NCBI RefSeq assembly: GCF_036365525.1 | Contig: NW_027140453.1 | Location: 868,001-932,000 of the forward strand | Direction: 5' to 3' | DNA from: Heterodontus francisci | Taxonomy: Eukaryota | DNA length: 64,000 nt | Shown here: in pieces, positions 1 through 12,640 of the stretch | Layout: each line of letters opens with the position of its first letter | Numbering within the stretch: position 1 is the stretch's first letter | Notes under the pieces: model-generated | Databases searched by the model: none | What the model saw: the letters and a program-made list of their open reading frames with translations, nothing else | Told to the model about the DNA's origin: nothing | Program-made: the position numbers and the translations under genes

Positions 1-129
1 AAGGGGATCATCGTCTACCCCAGCGGTGTCTGGAACATCAGGTATCCCCCTTGTGGGGTGCATTCGAAACAGATTCCACACCCAATGTTGCACCATAGAA
101 GATCAGTCCTCGAGATCATCCAGTCTCTT

Positions 130-2645
130 ACTGAGGGAAGTGGGATGGAGTGACTGCGGGAAGTGGAAGGGAGTGAATGAGGGAAGTTGGATGGAGTGAC
201 TGAGGGGAGTGGGATGGGGTGACTGAGGGAAGTGGGATGGAGTGACTGAGGTGAGTGGGATGGGGTGACTGAGGGGAGAGGGATGTGGTGACTGAGGGGA
301 CTGGGATGGAGTGACTAAGGAGAGTGGGATGATGTAATTGAGGGGAGTGGAATACATAGACTGAGGGGAGTGGGATGTAGTGACTGAGGGGAGTGGGATG
401 TAGTGACTGAGAGGAGTGGGATGCACTGACTGAGGGGAGTGGGATGCAGTGACGGAGGGGAATGGGATGCAGTGGACTGAAGGCAGTGGGATGCAGTAAT
501 TGAGGGGAGTGGGATGTAGTGACGGAAGGGAGTGGGATGCAGAGGCTGAGGGGATTGGGATGCAGTGACTGGGGAGTGGAATGCACTGATTGAGGGGTGT
601 GGGATGCAGTGACTGAGGGGAGTGGGATGCAGTGACTGAGGGGAGTGGGATGCAGTGACTGAGGGAAGTGGGATGCACTGATTGAGGGGAGTGGGATGCA
701 GTGACTGAGAGGAGTGGGATGCAGTGGCTGAGGGGAGTGGGATGGGGTGACTGAGGGGAGTGGGATGTGGTGATTGAGGGGAGTGGGATGCAGTGACTGA
801 GGGGAGTGGGATGCAGTGACTGAGGGGAGTTCTTTTGGGCCTCCTTATCTCGAGAGACAGTGGATACGCGCGTGGAGGTGGTCAGTGGTTTGTGAAGCAG
901 CGCCTGGAGTGGCTATAAAGGACTGAGGGGAGTGGGATGATGTAATTGAGCGGAGTGGGATGCAGTAATTGAGGGAAGTGGGATGGAGAGACTGAGTGGA
1001 GTGGAATGCACTGATTGAGGGGTGTGGGATGCACCGATTGAGGGGAGTGGGATGCAGTGCCTGAGAGGAGTGGGATGCAGTGCCTGAGAGGAGTGGGATG
1101 CAGTGGCTGAGGGGAGCGGGTTGCAGTGACTGAGAGGAGTGGGATGCACTGATTGAGGGGAGAGGGATGCAGTGACTGAGAGGAGTGGGATGGAGAGACT
1201 GAGAGGATTGGGATGTAGTGAATGAGAGGAGTTGGATGCCGTGAATGAGGGGAATGGGATGTAGAGACTGAAGGGAGTGCGATGTAGAGACTGAGGGGAG
1301 TTGGATGCCGTGACCGAGGGGAGTGAGATGTAGAGACTGAGAGGAGTGGGATGAGGTGACTGAGGGGAGTGGGATACAGCGTCTGAGGGTAGTATGAGAC
1401 AGTGACTGAGGGGTGTGATACAGTCACTCAGGGAGTGTGATACAGTGACTGAGGGGAGTGTGATACAGTGTCTGAGGGTAGTATGATGCAGTCACTGAGG
1501 GGAGTGTGATGCAGCGACTGAGGGTAGTGTGATGCAGCGACTGAGGGTAGTGTGATACAGTGACTCAGGGAGTGTGATACAGTTACGGAGGGGAGTGTGA
1601 TACAGAGACTGAGGTGAGTGGGACACAGTGACTGAAGGGAGTGTGATACAGTGACTGAGGGGAGTGTGATACAGTGTCTGAGGTTAGTATGATACAGTCA
1701 CTGAGGGGATGTGATGCAGCGACTGAGGGTAGTGTGATACAGAGTCTGAGGGGGATGTGATACAGTGACTGAGGGTAGTGTGATACAATGACAGAGGAAG
1801 TGTGATACAGTGACAGAGGGGAGTGTGATGCAGTGTGTGAGGGGAGTGTGATACAGTGACTGAGGGGAGCATGATACAGTGACTGAGGGGTGTGTGATAC
1901 AGTCACTCAGGGAGTGTGATACAGTGACTGAGGGGAGTGTGATACAGTTACGGAGGGGAGTGTGATACACTGACTGAGGGGAGTGGGATACAGTGACTGA
2001 AGGGAGTGTGGTACAGTGACTGAGGGGTGTGGGATGCAGTGACTGAGGGGAGTGTGATACACTGACTGAGGGGAGTGGGATACAGTGACTGAAGGGAGTG
2101 TGATATAGTGACTGAGGGGAGTGCGATACAGTGTCTGAGGGGAGTGTGATACACTGACTGAGGGGAGTGGAATACAGTGACTGAAGGGAGTGTGATACAG
2201 TGACTGAGGGGACTGCGCTACAGTGTCTGAGGGGAGTGTGAGACACTGTCTGAGGGGAGTGGGATACAGTGACTGAGGGGAGTGTGATACACTGTCTGAG
2301 GGGAGTGTGAGACACTGTCTGAGGGGAGTGGGATACGGTGAACTGAAGGGTGTGTGATACAGTGACTGGGGGAGTGTGATACAGTGACTGAGTAGAGTGT
2401 GATACACTGTCTGAGGGGAGTGGAATGCAGTGACTGAAGGGAATATAATGCAGTGACTGAGGGGATTGTGATACAGTGAGCTGAAGGGAGTGCGAGACAG
2501 CGACTGAGGAGAGTGTGATACAGCGACTGACGGGAGAGGGATACAGCGACTGAGGGGAGTGTGATGCAGTGACTGAGGGGAATGTGATAAAGTGACTGAG
2601 GTGAGTGTAATGCAGTGACTGAGGTGACTGTGATAGAGACTGAGG
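130..2645. repeat. Minisatellite, ~23-bp unit (GATGCAGTGACTGAGGGGAGTGG grading into GATACAGTGACTGAGGGGAGTGT)
   Basis: Tandem units directly visible; explains the His/Pro/Ser-rich ORFs 103-2682. Confidence 0.95.
831..920. mobile_element. Short non-satellite insert interrupting the minisatellite, probably a retroelement end fragment (RTE-like)
   Basis: About 90 bp of unique sequence (TCTTTTGGGCCTCCTTATCTCGAGAGAC...GGCTATAAAG) between satellite units; family is from recall only. Confidence 0.4.
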
Positions 2646-2765
2646 GCAGCATGATGCTCAAACTCAGGAATCCGAGGAACAATCGACTAGAGAATCTACT
2701 GAGGTTTCATCCACTACCCACCGGGCTCTAGAAGCTAAGGTATCTGCTTTGTGGGGTTATCATCG

Positions 2766-3625
2766 CAGAATCATGGAATCAAAGACTGGTTACGGCACAG
2801 AAAGTTTCTGTTCAGCCCATCTTCACCGTGCCAGCTCTCTGGCAGTGCAACTCACCTACTCCCACTCCTGCCATTTTCCTGTCGCCCTGCAGATTTTTTC
2901 TGCCATGACAATTATCCAATTCCCTTTTGAAAGCCTCAATTAAACCTGCCTCCAGCACACTCTCATGCAGTGCATTTCAGATCCTAACCACTCACTGTGT
3001 GAAAAGGTTTCCCTGTCTCTGTTGTGACTTTTACCACTCACCTAAAACCGTTGCTCTCTCGTTCTGGATCCTCCCACCAAGAGGAACAGTTTTTCCCTGA
3101 CTACTCTGTCCAGTTCCCTCTTGATTATGAACATCTTGCTCAAATCTCGTCTTAATCGTCTCTTCTCCACGGAGAACAGCCCCAGCTTCTCCGATCTATT
3201 CATGTCACTGACGTCCCTCATCCCGGGAACCATTCTGGTAAATCTTCTCTGCACCCTCTCGAATACCTTAACATCCTTCCTAAGTATTGACAGCTCTCTC
3301 GACCTGTCTTGCCACCTTCAATGATTTGTGCACATGTCCCCCCAGGTCCCACTGCCCCTGCATCTCCTTTAGAATTGTATCCTTTATTTTATATTGCCTC
3401 TCGTTCGTCTGACCAAAAATGAATCACTTCACAATTCTCTGTGATAAATTTCATTTGCCAGTGTCTGCCCATCCCACCAGCCTGTCTATAACCTCCTGAC
3501 GTCTATTGCTATCCTCCTCACAGTTCACAATACTTCCAGGTTTTGTGTCATCTGCAGATTTTGAAAGTGTGCCCTGTACGCCCCAGTCGATGTCATTAAT
3601 ATACATCAGGAACAACAGTGGTCTG
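2766..3625 (-). mobile_element. CR1 LINE 3' fragment, degraded
   Basis: Minus-strand peptides QRRFTRMVPGM..KLGLFS.EKRRLR and PLLFLMYIND..ADDTK, typical of the CR1 ORF2 RT and C-terminus. Confidence 0.9.
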
Positions 3626-3734
3626 AGCATTATTAGAGAGCAAAACATAGATGCACAGAGAATTAGGAGGGACAGATAACAAAGGAGTCGATAAGAGTAT
3701 CGTATGAGACGGGGACAGTGTAAGAGGAAAGGAG

Positions 3735-3980
3735 ATGAGCTGTAAATTCAGTTTAATGTGTGTGTATATGGATGCACGGAGAGTGGTAAATAAGGTTGTT
3801 GAGCTTCAGGCGCAGATAGCCACGTGGAAATATGATGTTGTGGCAATTACAGGGTCCTGGCTCGAAGAGGGGCAGGACTGGGTAGTGAATATTCCTGACT
3901 ACAAGGTGTTCAGGAAAGAGAGGGGAGGAAGGAAAGGAGGAGGGGTATCAGTATTGATTAAGGGGAACATTACAGTGCTG
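3735..3980 (+). mobile_element. CR1 LINE endonuclease N-terminal fragment
   Basis: ARRVVNKVVEL..YDVVAITGSWL..YKVFRKER..GGGVSVLIK matches the start of the APE domain. Confidence 0.85.
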
Positions 3981-5291
3981 TTTTCTTTTCTCACTCTTGT
4001 TCACACTCATTCCAGATCTCCCTTACTCTTTTCTGTCTCACACCTGTCGCCTTCCCTCCTTTTCTCTCACTCCTGCTCTCTGTTGTTCTCTGACTCCACT
4101 TTCCCCCTGTCGTTTCGCTGATCACTTTGATAATCTCGTGAGTTTTCTCTGTTAGTTTTTGTTTCTTGTTGGAGTAGTAACTGATTCTGCAGCCGATGAT
4201 ATCTTGTGTCCCCCCTCAGTAAAGGCTGGTATACATTGATTCAGTGTGTCGAGGGAGTTAGATTACATACGAGAGGAGGTTCTGTGTTGAAACACTTCTG
4301 TCCACTCATCCAGCGTTCTGAATCCCAGTGAAATTCCTCTTGTCTTTATTTGATCCTCTCAGACTCGGGGATTCCGTCTACTCCCGAGGAACCTCCCGAC
4401 TCCCAGCCTGTTTCTGATGACGGTGGGAACGTTTCAGATCCTCCACATTTCAGGAATATTAAATCGCTCCTGCTGTCTCAGTCTGGCACAAATATATCAG
4501 GACCGAGGGCCTCCAAACAGCTGTGTGATCGTTCTGTGTAGGGAAACCCATCGTTCTCACTCTCTCTGTGTCTCTCTCTCTGTCTTGTCTGTGCTGTCAG
4601 ACAAGAGTTGCAATCACTTGTGTTCAGTATGAGTGGATACATTGGGAAACACAGAAACGTAAACGTTCAGAAATATCTTTGAGCTTCTATCTCACATCCC
4701 TCTCTCTGTAACTCTCAGTTTTATCTCTGTCTCTCTGTTTCTCCTTTATCTGCCTTTCACACGCATATATAAATATATTTCATTACTGTAACCGCCTCTC
4801 TCCTATCTGGCTCTCAGTTTCTCCAGCTCCCTCTTTCACTTCACTCTGTCTCCCACTCTCTCTGATGTTCTGTCTCCCTGTCTGTCTCTCTGACTCTCAC
4901 TTTCTCTTTCTCTGTCTCTCTCACAGATGCTCTTTGTCTGTCTCTCTGTCTTTGTCTTTGTCTTTGTCAGAGGGACAGAGAGCATCAGAGAGAGAGAGAG
5001 AGTGAGAGTGATCGACAGAGACAGAGAAAAGGGCAGTGAGACCGGAGTAAACACGGAATGCAAATGATCTTGGGAGATGGAACAAGAGGCAACAGAGAAG
5101 AGAGTGCAGGATAGAGGATGATAACACAGGGAGGGCAGATTAGAGACAAGACGAGTTGAGATAGAGAGAATAACAGAGACAGATGAACAAACGAGTGGTT
5201 GACAAACTGGAGGAAAGAGAGTTTAAATTAGAGAGGAGAGATCATTCGAAATACGTCCCGTGCCCTGTGCTAAACTCTGGGTGTGTTCAAC

Positions 5292-5418
5292 CTGTTGATG
5301 TTGTGACTGTTGTGTTTAGATACCAAATACAAGAGGATTAATGTGAAGATCACTTCAATGACTGATCTGGATGATGAAACTGCAAAGAGAATCGTTGTGG
5401 AGAGGGTGAGAGACTGCA
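5292..5418 (-). other. Candidate orphan transmembrane exon resembling a TCR-beta TM region
   Basis: Pyrimidine-rich acceptor TTCTCCTCTATACAG, phase 1; reads QSLTLSTTILFAVSSSRSVIEVIFTLILLYLVSKHN; possible donor AG|GTTGAA. Confidence 0.3.
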
Positions 5419-6829
5419 CTGTATAGAGGAGAAACACGGGCGGCAACAGATCCTCTCTCTCACTGTCTGTATTCACTGAATGGGAACTCCAGGTCATTAT
5501 TTAAACAGCTCTAATTCCCCCTCTGCTTATCTTCTGGTCCCCCAGAACAGGCTTGTGAGGGGTTGAATGGGCTTCCTCCTGAGCCTGTGTGAAAGGCTGG
5601 AGAGGGGGTGAGGGGGCTGAATGGCCTTCTCCTGTTCCTGTGTAATAACTCGAACGAGGGGCTGAATGGCCTCCTCCTGTTCCTGTGTAACAGACTAGAG
5701 GGGATGAATGGCCTCCTCGTTGTACGGTAACCTCTCTCTGATCTTCCCTCTCACTCTCCCCATTCTCTCTTTATGTCCTTTCTATCTCTGTCTCTTTCTC
5801 TGCCTCGCTCACCCACTCTGTATTTCTCTTTCTTTGTCTTTCTTTCTGTCTGTGTCTGTCTCTCCCTCACTGCATCTCTGACGACCTCTCGCTCTCACGC
5901 CCTCTGTTTCTCTACCTCTGTCACAATCCCTGTAGCTCTCCCACCCTCCCTCTGCATCTCTCCCTCTATCTGAGTATCTTTGCCTCACCCTGTCTCTCAC
6001 TGTCTTGTCCCCACCCTCTCTCCCGATCTCTGTCTGTATGCTCTCTGTCTATTTCTATTCACTCCTCCCCTTGCAGTAATACTCATCGTTTCTCCTCTCT
6101 GCGATGCAGATGAAGCACATGTTCCAGGATGTGTCCACACACGAAGCTCGAATTGGATCCAGAAGACGTTCAGTGCTCGGCTAGTGAGCCTGTGGAAGTG
6201 TGAAGGTGTTTGGACATGTCAACAAGCACCCGACACGTGTGATCCAGTCTCTGTGTGTTTTACATCCTCACTCAATCACTGTACCATCTTATCTTCACCT
6301 TGTTTAACTCAAGGAAATTGTCAGCAAAGGGTTAATCTCCGACTAGAAGTATGCTAATGTTATACTGTAATTGGTGTGTCTTTATACCGCAGGGGTGTGG
6401 GAGCTTTAAGCTATTGCTTTGTTAAATAGAGAAGTACGATCCCATTTGTATATAGTGACCACTGGTCAGCTGAACCCAGACTAACCTGACAGCTCTGGCC
6501 ACTTTCAGGATGAAGTGATCTCAGGTTTAATGAGGGAGTTTCTTTAAAGATCTACCATTGAGTAGAGGTCCCTAAGCTTCATGGAGCTGTCAGCACTGAG
6601 AACAGAGGCAAGGAAAACAGTTCGTCCTTGTCCATGGAGAACCTCAGGGTAGATAACATCTTTTAAATTGAGGGCTCATGCAGAATGGGGGATTGGTTGA
6701 TGCTGAACTTTGCAGGATCAAAATATATTGAAAAGGAAAGCTTTCATTGAGTACAAAGCATTTATGTGTGGCATATGTCAAATGTTTAATAACAAAGGAA
6801 GGGAGTTATACTGAGCTCAGGAACCTAAT

Positions 6830-7350
6830 GCTGACAACACTCCATCTCAATAACACCTCTGTGAATGCTTCCATTGTCTCTGCTCTGCCACACTGCTTGT
6901 CTAACATCCAATACTGGATGAGCAGTTATTTTCTCCTACTAAATATTGGGAAGACTGAAGCCATTGTCTGTGGTCCCCGACACAAATGTCATTCTTGGAC
7001 CACCGACACCATCTCTGGTACCTGTCTGAAACTGATCAAGACAGTTTTCAGCCTTTGTTGTTGTGTTTGACCCCGAGATGAGTTTCCGACTACATATCCA
7101 CACCATCACCAAGACTGTCCATTTCCACCTCCATACCATCTCTCGACTCCGACCCTGCTTCAGCTCATCTGCTGCTGAAACCCTCATCCGTGCCTCTGTT
7201 ACCTCCAGACTGGACTATTCCAATACTCTGCTGGCCAACCGCACATCTTTCACACTTCCTGATCTTATCCTCATACAAACATTTGCTGCCTGTGTCTTAA
7301 CTCACTCCGAACCCTGTTCACCCATCACCCCTGGAACTATTGCCATTCAC
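6830..7350 (+). mobile_element. L2-clade LINE RT C-terminal fragment
   Basis: WMSSYFLLLNIGKTEAI..., FHLHTISRLRP..AETLI..VTSRLDYSNTLL. Confidence 0.85.
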
Positions 7351-7391
7351 TGACTCCCTGCTCCTCTCCAATTTCCCAATATTAACATCCT

Positions 7392-7916
7392 GATCAGTCT
7401 GTTGAACTGTTGTGAAATGACTCATTGGTCACAACTCTCTGGTGCAACAATGTAAAACGTCTGCAATAAGTGAACATGGCTGTGTATCTTCCATTGATGG
7501 ACATTCAAACAAGGAGTGCTGCAGCATGGAAAGGCCTTTTAACGTGTTTGACTCCCTGACCACCCAGTGTGATTGTAAATCTGATTGTAAACTGTGTGTT
7601 TAAAGTTTTATTGCATTCTCTGTCTGCTCAATATATCTATGAACGCTAAACCTGACCGTCTCAAGAAGATTATTGATTTTGCTGGAATGACTTTCCCATC
7701 TGATCATGGAAATCCAGTGTTTTTTTGTTCAGGGAGGGAACACTCACTGTTAAATGATTGCTGAGGGCTGAGATCAGAAGGGATGTGACTGTACATAGTG
7801 GGACTGCCCAGCATTCCCCAAACCTTGTGCTACTCCATTCTATTCTGGTCTGTGCTTCCACCCTGGATAATCCAGCTCATTCAAGGCCTGACAGAGGAAA
7901 ATGAGAAATCCTGGCA
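7392..7916 (-). repeat. Copy A of a ~525-bp inverted segmental duplication (partner 16716-17238)
   Basis: Reverse complement aligns by eye along its whole length with scattered mismatches. Confidence 0.9.
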
Positions 7917-9530
7917 TTTCAAAAGGCATTTGATACAGTTCCACGCATCAGACTTGTGAGCAAACATGTAGCTCTTGGAATACATAGGACGGTAGCAACA
8001 TGGATTACGAAATTGGCTGAGTGACAGGAAACAGAGAATAGTGGTTAATGGATGTTTTTCGGACTGGAGAAAGGTTTGTAGTGGAGTTTCCCAGGGATCA
8101 GTGTTGGGACCCTTGCTTTTCCTGATATATATTAATGTCCTAGACCTCGGTGTGCAGGGCACAATTTCAAAATTTGCAGATGATACGAAACTTGGAAGCA
8201 TTGTGAACTGTGAGGAGGATAGTGTAGAACTTCAAAAGGACAGAGACAAGTTGGTGGAATGGGCAGACAAGTGACAGATGAGGTTCAATGTGGAGAAATG
8301 TGAAGTGATTAATTTTGTTAGGAAGAACATGGAGAGAAAATATAGAATCGAGGTTACAATTCTAAAGGGGGTGAAGGAGCAGAGAGACCTGTGTGTTTCT
8401 GTGCATAAGTCATTGAAGATGGCAGGACAGGTTGAGAGAGTGGTTGATAAAGCATACAGTATCCTGGGCGATATTAATAGGGGCATAGATTACAAGAGCA
8501 AGGAAGTTATGTTGAACTCGTATAAGACACTAGTTTGTCCTCAGCTGGAGTATTGCCTCCAATTCTGGGTGTTGCACTTGAGAAAAGATGTGAGGGCATT
8601 TGAGAGAGTACAGACGAGATTCACAAGAATGGTTCCAGGGTTGAGGAATTTCAGTTATGAAGATAGATTGGAGAAGTTCGGACTGTTTTCCTTGGAGAAG
8701 GGAAGGCTGGGAGGTGATTTGAGAGAGATATTCAAAATCATGAGGGGCCTGGACATAGTAGCCAATGTTCCCACTCGTGAAATTATCGAGAACGAGAGGG
8801 CACAGATTTAAAGTATTTGGTAAGAGAAGCAAAAGTGACATGGGGAAACAAGTTTTCATGCAGCGAATGGTTAAGGTCTGGGATGCGCTGCCTGGGAACA
8901 TGGTGGAGGCAGATTCAACTGAAACATTTAAAATAAAATTAGACAGTTACATGAAATGGAAGAATTTGCAGGGTTGCAGGAAGAGGCCGGGGGAGTGGAA
9001 CTGAGGGCGTTGCTCTTTCAGAGAGCCGGTGGGGAGACGATGGGCCGAATGGCCTCCTTCGGCATGGTCACAATTCTGTGATTCTTTGATTATTATGAGG
9101 AATGTTTGAAGAGGTTGGGCAGATACTCATTGGAGTTTAGAAAAATGAGCCACGTAAGATTCTGAGGGGGCTTGACTGGGTAGATGCTGAGTGGATGTTC
9201 CTTCTCGTTTGGGAATCTAGAACTAGGCGTAACAATTTCAGAATAAGGGGGTCTCCCATTTAAGATGGAGATGAGGCGGATATTTTTCTCTCAGAGAATT
9301 GTGAGTCTGTGGAACTCCGTTCCCTGGAGAGCAACGGAGGCTGGGTCATTGAATATATTCAAGCCTGACTTAGACAGATTTTGATTCGACAAGGGAGTCG
9401 GGGTTATCGAGGGCAGAAAGGAAAGTGGAGTTAAAGCGACAATCAGATCAGCCATGATCTTATAGAATGGCTGAGCAGGCTCGAGGGGCCGAATGGCCTA
9501 CTCCTTGCTCCCATTTCGTATAATCTTACT
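7917..9530 (+). mobile_element. CR1 LINE 3' portion plus a second CR1 3' end
   Basis: SGVSQGSVLGPLLFLIYIN..FADDTK; FNVEKCEV; QLEYCLQFW; stops and frameshifts. Confidence 0.93.
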
Positions 9531-9869
9531 GACTGCCCAATTCAATATCGGGGTAGTTAAAGTCTCAAATCATCACATAATTTTTTTCACCCCTCAGTTA
9601 TTTCTTTACAGCTCTGCTCCTCTATGTCCTTCCTGCTCTATGGCAGCTGATAAAATACCTGCAAAGTAAAAATGTTTGTCAGAAGATGCTCACAGTCGGA
9701 GAACAGTGGACTGTTCATATCAGAGGCACAGATAAGATCTCCCACAGGCCACAGGTACACATTCAGCAACATATGCAAACAACAATGAGCAAAGCCAGAG
9801 AGCTGGGAGAAGACTTTTGTAGGCAGTACACACGACACTGTGAGGCCCCTGAGCAGATATCAATGTCCC

Positions 9870-11640
9870 TGCTGCGGCCACCAGTGGTTGAACCATTAAG
9901 GTCGGGGTTGCTCAAAAACCCAGTATTAGAGGAGTGCAGAGATTGCGGGAGGTTGTCGGGGCTGGAAGACGTTACAGAGGGAGGGAGGGATTTAGGTGCA
10001 GGTGGAGGTTACAGAAATAGGGAGGGCTCGAGGTGCTGGAGGTGGTAAAAGATATGGAGGGCTCTAGGGACTGCAGGAGGTTTCAGAGATAGGGGGGCTG
10101 TTGGGGCTGGAGGCGGTTACAGAGATAGGGAGGGTTTTCGGGCTGGAGGCTGTTACAGAGTTAGGGAGGGTTGCAATGGCTGGAGGAGGTTACAGAGATA
10201 GGGATGGCTGTTGAGACTGTAGGAAGTTTCAGATATAAGGAGGGCTGTCAGGGCTGGAGGAAGTTAAAGAGATATCGAGAGTTGGAGGGACTGAAGGGGG
10301 TTACATCGATAGGGAGTGTTGTAGGGCTGGAGGCAGTTACAGAGATAGGGAGGGTTGAAATAGCTGGAGTAGGTTATAGAGACAAGGGAGGGTTGTAGGT
10401 GCTGGAGGACGTTACAGAGGAAGCGAGGGCATTAGGGGATGGAGGCAGTTACAGAGATAGGGAGGGTTGTAGGAGCTGGAGGTGGTAACAGAGATAGAGA
10501 AGTTGCAGACACTGGTGGAGGTTACAGAGATAGGGAGGTTTGCAGAGACTGGTGGAGGTTACAGAGATAGGGAGGTTTGCAGAGACTGGTGGATGTTACA
10601 GAGATAGGGAGGGTTGTAGAGACTGGAGGAGGTTACAGAGATAGGGAGGGTTGTAGAGACTGGTGGAGGTTACAGAGATAGGGAGGTTTGCAGAGACTGG
10701 TGGAGGTTACAGAGATAGGGAGGTTTGCAGAGACTGGTGGAGGTTACAGAGATAGGGAGGTTTGCAGAGACTGGTGGAGGTTACAGAGATAGGGAGGTTT
10801 GCAGAGACTGGTGGAGGTTACAGAGATAGGGAGGTTTGCAGAGACTGGTGGAGGTTACAGAGATAGGGAGGTTTGCAGCGACTGGTGGAGGTTACAGAGA
10901 TAGGGAGGTTTGCAGAGACTGGTGGAGGTTACAGAGATAGGGAGGTTTGCAGAGACTGGTGGATGTTACAGAGATAGGGAGGTTTGCAGAGACTGGTGGA
11001 GGTTACAGAGATAGGGAGGGTTGTAGAGACTGGAGGAGGTTACAGAGATAGGGAGGGTTGCAGAGACTGGTGGAGGTTACAGAGATAGGGAGGGTTGGAG
11101 AGACTGGTGGAGGTTACAGAGATAGGGAGGGTTGTAGAGACTGGTGGAGATTACAGAGATAGGAAGGGGAAAGGCCATGGGGGGATTTGAGGGCAAGGAC
11201 GAGACGTTTAAAATGTGGATGTTGCTTGATCGGGAGCCAATGTAGGGCAGCGAGCACAGGAGTGACAGGGGAACGGGACTTGGAGTAGCTTAAGACACAG
11301 ACAGAAGAGTTTTAGATTACCTCAGGTTTACAGAAAGTGGGAGAGCATCAGGAGTGTCTTGACATTGTGAAGTCTAGAGCTGACAGAGGCGTGAATGAAG
11401 GTTTCAGCCGCAGATCAGCTGAAACAGGGGCGAGTGTGGGTGATGTTACAGAGGTGGAAATGGGCAGCGTTAGTGATGGTGCCTACATGAGGTCAGAAGC
11501 CCATTTCGGCATCAAATGTGACACCAGGCTTTCGAACAGACTGCCTTAAACTCAGACTGCTGCCAGGGAGAGGGATAGAGTCAGTAGTAAAAGATTGGAG
11601 TTTGGAGCGGAAACTGGAAACAATAGCTTCAGTCATGAGG
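9870..11640 (-). mobile_element. L2-clade LINE fragment with an internal minisatellite expansion
   Basis: 11340-11630 is the reverse-complement homologue of the 6950-7230 L2 RT segment; element sequence continues on both sides of the array. Confidence 0.7.
9945..11165. repeat. Minisatellite, 37-bp unit GGAGGTTTGCAGAGACTGGTGGAGGTTACAGAGATAG
   Basis: Near-perfect units at 10500-11160, degenerate units to the left. Confidence 0.95.
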
Positions 11641-12330
11641 GCAGTACTGAGGGAGTGCTGCACTGTCAGAGGGTCAGTACTGAGGGCGTGTTGCACTATC
11701 AGAGGGTCTGTACTGAGAGAGTGCTGCACTGTCAGAGGGTCAGTATTGAGAGAGTGCTGCACTGCCTGAGGGGCAGCACTGAGGGAGAGCTGCACTGTCA
11801 GAGGGTCAGTATTGAGAGAGTGCTGCACTGCCTGAGGGGCAGCACTGAGGGAGAGCTGCACTGTCAGAGCGGCAATACTGATGGAGTGCTGCAGTGTCAG
11901 ATGGGCAGTACTGAGGGAGTGCTGCACTGAAAGAGGGGCAGTATTGAGGGAGTCCTGCACTGTCAGATGGGCAGTACCAAGAGAGTGCAGCACTGTTGGA
12001 GGGCCAGTACTGAGGGAGTGTCGCACTGTCGGAGGGTCAGCACTGACGGCGTGCCACACTGTCAGAGGGTCAGTACTGAGGGAGTGCTGCACTGTCAGAT
12101 GGTCAGTACTGAGGGAGTGCTGCACTGTTGGAAGGTCAGTACTGAGGGAATGTTACACTGTCGGAGCATCAGTACTGAGGGAGCGCTGCACTTTCAGAGG
12201 GGCAGTACTGAGGGAGTGCTGCACTTTCAGAGGGGCAGTACTGAGGGAGTGCTGCACTGTCAGAGGGTCTGTACTGAGTGAGTGCTGCACTGTCAGAGGG
12301 TCAGTACTGAGTGAGTGCTGCACTGTCAGG
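11636..12330. repeat. Minisatellite, 33-bp unit GAGGGAGTGCTGCACTGTCAGAGGGTCAGTACT
   Basis: Tandem units; gives the VLRECCTVRGS 11-aa periodic ORFs. Confidence 0.95.
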
Positions 12331-12640
12331 ATGCCCTCTTTCAGATGTCACATTAAACAGAGACTCCATCCTCTTACTCCCGTGGATATAAACGATCCCA
12401 TTGGACTATTTTGAAGAACAGCAGGGGAGTTCTCCCTGGTGTCCTGGCCAATAATTATCCCTCCATCAACGTCATTAAAACAGATTACCTGGTCATTCTC
12501 ACATTGCTGTTTGTGGGAGCTTGCTGTGCACAAATCAGCTGCCATGATTCTTACATTACAACAGTGACTGCACTGCAGCAAAACAAGCATTTCATTGGCT
12601 GTAAAGCACTTTGGCGGGTAGTCATTAGGGTGTTATAAAA
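12330..12640 (+). mobile_element. Deu-domain SINE body (SacSINE1/AmnSINE1-like)
   Basis: GATCCCAT..ACTATTTTGAAGAA.AGCAGGGGAGTTCTCCCTGGTGTCCTGGCCAAT...CACATTGCTGTTTGTGGGAGCTTGCTGTG matches the recalled Deu core; shorter reverse copies near 57340-57490, 58280-58369 and 60960-61045. Confidence 0.7.

Noticed and set aside
103-2682. His/Pro/Ser/Cys-rich ORFs, and TACAGTG as an RSS heptamer
   Set aside because: Minisatellite translations; the motif lacks the essential CAC and has no nonamer
2660-2745. Possible small exon QESEEQSTRESTEVSSTTHRALEAK|GT
   Set aside because: Isolated between satellite and CR1, weak splice context, no recognisable homology
4154-4195. AGTTTTTGT as the nonamer of a J-type RSS
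   Set aside because: No heptamer at 12 or 23 nt and no FGxG motif follows
6070-6190. Minus-strand DEYYC peptide as an Ig-domain exon
   Set aside because: Short frame bounded by stops, with no correctly spaced first Cys or Trp
9945-12330. Regular 33-37-bp repeats as CRISPR-like arrays
   Set aside because: Head-to-tail units with no unique spacers, no cas genes, vertebrate context
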